DNA from: Selaginella moellendorffii
Lineage: Eukaryota > Plantae > Lycopodiophyta
Direction: 5' to 3'
DNA: 64,000 nucleotides
NCBI RefSeq assembly: GCF_000143415.4
Contig: NW_003314268.1
Coordinates: 2,434,494 to 2,498,493 of the forward strand
Shown here piece after piece: positions 61,645 to 64,000 of this stretch. The notes below the pieces were generated by a model. The model saw only the letters and a program-made list of their open reading frames with translations, had not been told where the DNA came from and ran no database searches. Every line of letters starts with the position of its first letter. Position 1 is the stretch's first letter. A program made the translations under genes and the position numbers.

Positions 61645-62153
61645 GGGAGTGAACAGAAGCAGGAGAAGACATCATTTCTGACTAGCATCACCGATGCGCT
61701 GGATTTCTCTCAGGCAAGGTCGGAGAGGGACGCTGATTTGATCGATAAGGCTTGTCAGGCTACATAGTCAGGCAAGAAAATGTCCCGAGAGCAAGTACCA
61801 CGTCTTTGAGAAAAAACATCCAACTTGTCCAAATTTCTCATCTCTCTCTTCTTGACTTTTGCAGTACGCAGCTCTGAAACGGAAGATCGGTGGCTCCTAC
61901 AAGGATTTCTTCAAAGAACCAATCAATGATATTTACAATTCTCTTTCTTCTTTTGAGTGTTTTTTTCTCCTCTGCTCTTCTCTTTTTCGTCCTCATTTTT
62001 CTCAATGCCAAGATGTTGGGTGATCAATCAGTGAAGGGTGCATACATTGAAACTGGATGGGTGGACAAGCGATGCAAAGTTTGTGGCAAAGACACTTTGA
62101 AAGAGCCACGCTCCAAAGATAAGCTCGGGAGGTACACTCACGTACCTCCCTAA
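61645..62153 (+). pseudogene. Pseudogene of a small conserved plant protein of unknown function (CxxC-containing)
   Basis: Exons read SFLTSITDALDFSQARSERDADL..AT*SGKKMSREQ | YAALKRKIGGSYKDFFK | GAYIETGWVDKRCKVCGKDT..DKLGRYTHV. There is an in-frame TAG at ~61766 and a truncated C-terminus. The family was recognised from memory only. Confidence 0.65.
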
Positions 62154-62869
62154 TGGGCTGGCACTCGCCCGTTAACTCGATTTAGCCATTGGCAGCCGTT
62201 GGATTGAGTTAGGTTCTCTAATTTCGTGTGTGACGCTCGAGGAACTATCATAATCCAACCATTAATTTTCTAGCCTTTCAATGATACAATTGATCAATAT
62301 GACAATGTATCAATTCACATGGACCATGTGGAAGGATAGTAATTTATACAATGGTTCCAAACCATGTAAAATAGTTTGGCAAGCTGAGGAAGTTGGTGTA
62401 CCTCCACAACTGATCTTGGAGGGTGGAAGTGGAAATAGAAAGATCTTACATGAAAGTGATCACCTCCCAAAGAGGCGACCAAAGAAACTCGTGGAAGGAG
62501 TTCCTGGGACATTTCTGCCCAGAATGCGCAAAGCCGGGCGTTAGCCCGGGGAGGGCAAACGAGTGAGCCTGTGCCCAGGAACGGCCTTAACGGGTTGTGG
62601 TGAGACCATTAACAGACACATGAAATAACATTATTCAAGGATGAAAACTTGGCAGGTGGCACCCAGTTCTAGAGAACCTGGCAGTTGTCAGCCACAAGTT
62701 AATTTTCCTGGAGAGGAAGCAAACTTTATGGAAGAAACAAGCTGGTATGGACCAATGTTTCTAGTAAACATGAGAATCCAGCCTGGGTATTGGGATAGCC
62801 GCAAGAGGTTGACTCTTTTGTTGACAAAGCAGTCCAAATGTTTGATCCATGTTCAACTTTGCCGGATCA

Positions 62870-64000
62870 TCAAGATTCTATCCAGCTTCCAGTCAAATCC
62901 TTGAACGAGCATTGCAATACCCATCTGGACAGCATCAAATCCAAGCTTTGCACCAGGACAAACTCTCCTCCCTGTTCCAAACGGAAGTAAGTTGAAACTT
63001 TGGCCAAAGACATCAATGTCTGGCAAGTCAATGAAACACTGTGGCTGAAACTCAAGAGGATCTTTCCAAAACCAAGAGGACAAGACTGATCGAGTAGCTA
63101 CTGATGTAGATTACAGTCCTGTCTGGGAGGGAGTACCCATCGAGCTCAATCAGGCCTCCTTGGACGATCTTGGGAAGAGCTAGCGGAGCCATTGACTAGA
63201 GCCTCATTGTTTTCTTGACTATAGCTTTGACGTATGGAAGTTTTGCAATGTCTGACTCGTTCACAAGCTTTTCTTTGTTGACAATTGTATCAATCTAGTT
63301 TTGAATTTTTGCGAATTCGGCTAGATGCCGGAGAAACTCGCATTCCAGCAAGAGAGCCAAAGTGTCCACAGCACCCAACAACATATCCTTTGGGATTCAT
63401 CCAGCATTGAAGAACAACTTTGACCAAGAGAAACTTACAAGCAAAAGTTGGATTTTGGTGGTGTCTGGGAGTTTCTCTCCCATGGAGATGAGCACGTCGA
63501 TGAAAGCCATGGGCTCCTCGCTGGTGAAAACCGGAGGATCCCCTCGCCGGTCTCGTAAGATCGACAAGTGGTGCCTGTTTACCCGGTTCATCAGCTGCTT
63601 GCACTTCTTCTCCAAGCCTTGGACGTCCAGCCAGCGAATTCCAGGGATGTAATCTCTCACATTGAAGATCCCGGCCAGCCTAACCGTCTCCGCGATCGCT
63701 TGCACGAACTCGTCGACATTCGCAGTGTTTTTGTAGTGTCCACAGAAGCGCTTCCCAAATAGCATGTAAATTATCACGTTCATGTTCATGTCGTGGATCT
63801 TTTGCAGCAGGAGGACCGGATTCCCTCGCTCGTCACTGAGAGATCAAGCAAGACGGTGCTGCTCCTCACGACGGATTCCATCATAAGCTTTGAGCTTGGT
63901 CGGCGAGAGCAAGTGAGTGTTGATGAGCTTCCTGTAGAGTTTCACTTCCGGAGTCTATTGGCTGAAAACTAGACCATTGTAGTCGTTGCCAAAGTATTTC
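62870..64000 (-). pseudogene. Cytochrome P450 (CYP71-clan-like) pseudogene, 5' part outside the window
   Basis: Heme motif PFGTGRRVCPG, WKDPLEF, ESDIAKLPYVKAIVKKTMR (ExxR lost). The I-helix is missing, and there are frameshifts and an in-frame stop near 63955. Confidence 0.85.

Overview
Eukaryotic land-plant DNA with compact GC-rich genes, ~50-80 bp GT-AG introns and one 100-N scaffold gap. This style suggests a lycophyte such as Selaginella, which is an inference. The window has three zones. (1) 1-8.9 kb holds five tightly packed + strand genes: the last exon of a receptor-like kinase, an RRM/RS-rich protein, a DUF620 protein, a TIGR04168/DevT-like metallophosphoesterase and an atypical cis-prenyltransferase. 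(2) 9.0-51.1 kb is a ~42 kb nested retroelement island whose structure can be traced from target-site duplications (TSDs). An old Ty3/gypsy host with a tRNA-Ala-like primer-binding site (PBS) has 5' ends bracketing the island in inverted orientation. Inside are two families of ORF-less LTR elements (called A and B here), solo LTRs, a decayed chromovirus-like element, a LINE and a 2.8 kb near-identical duplication. (3) 51.2-64 kb is a rearranged array of DAD1-like phospholipase A1 genes: two intact head-to-head copies in a 5.2 kb inverted duplication, one pseudogene with its catalytic motif inverted, and one apparent CDS-less remnant. It is followed by a truncated copia element with a self-complementary LTR and by pseudogene fragments, including a P450. 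Most ORFs in the supplied track are antisense or repeat-derived artefacts. All identities and family assignments were made by eye, without database searches.
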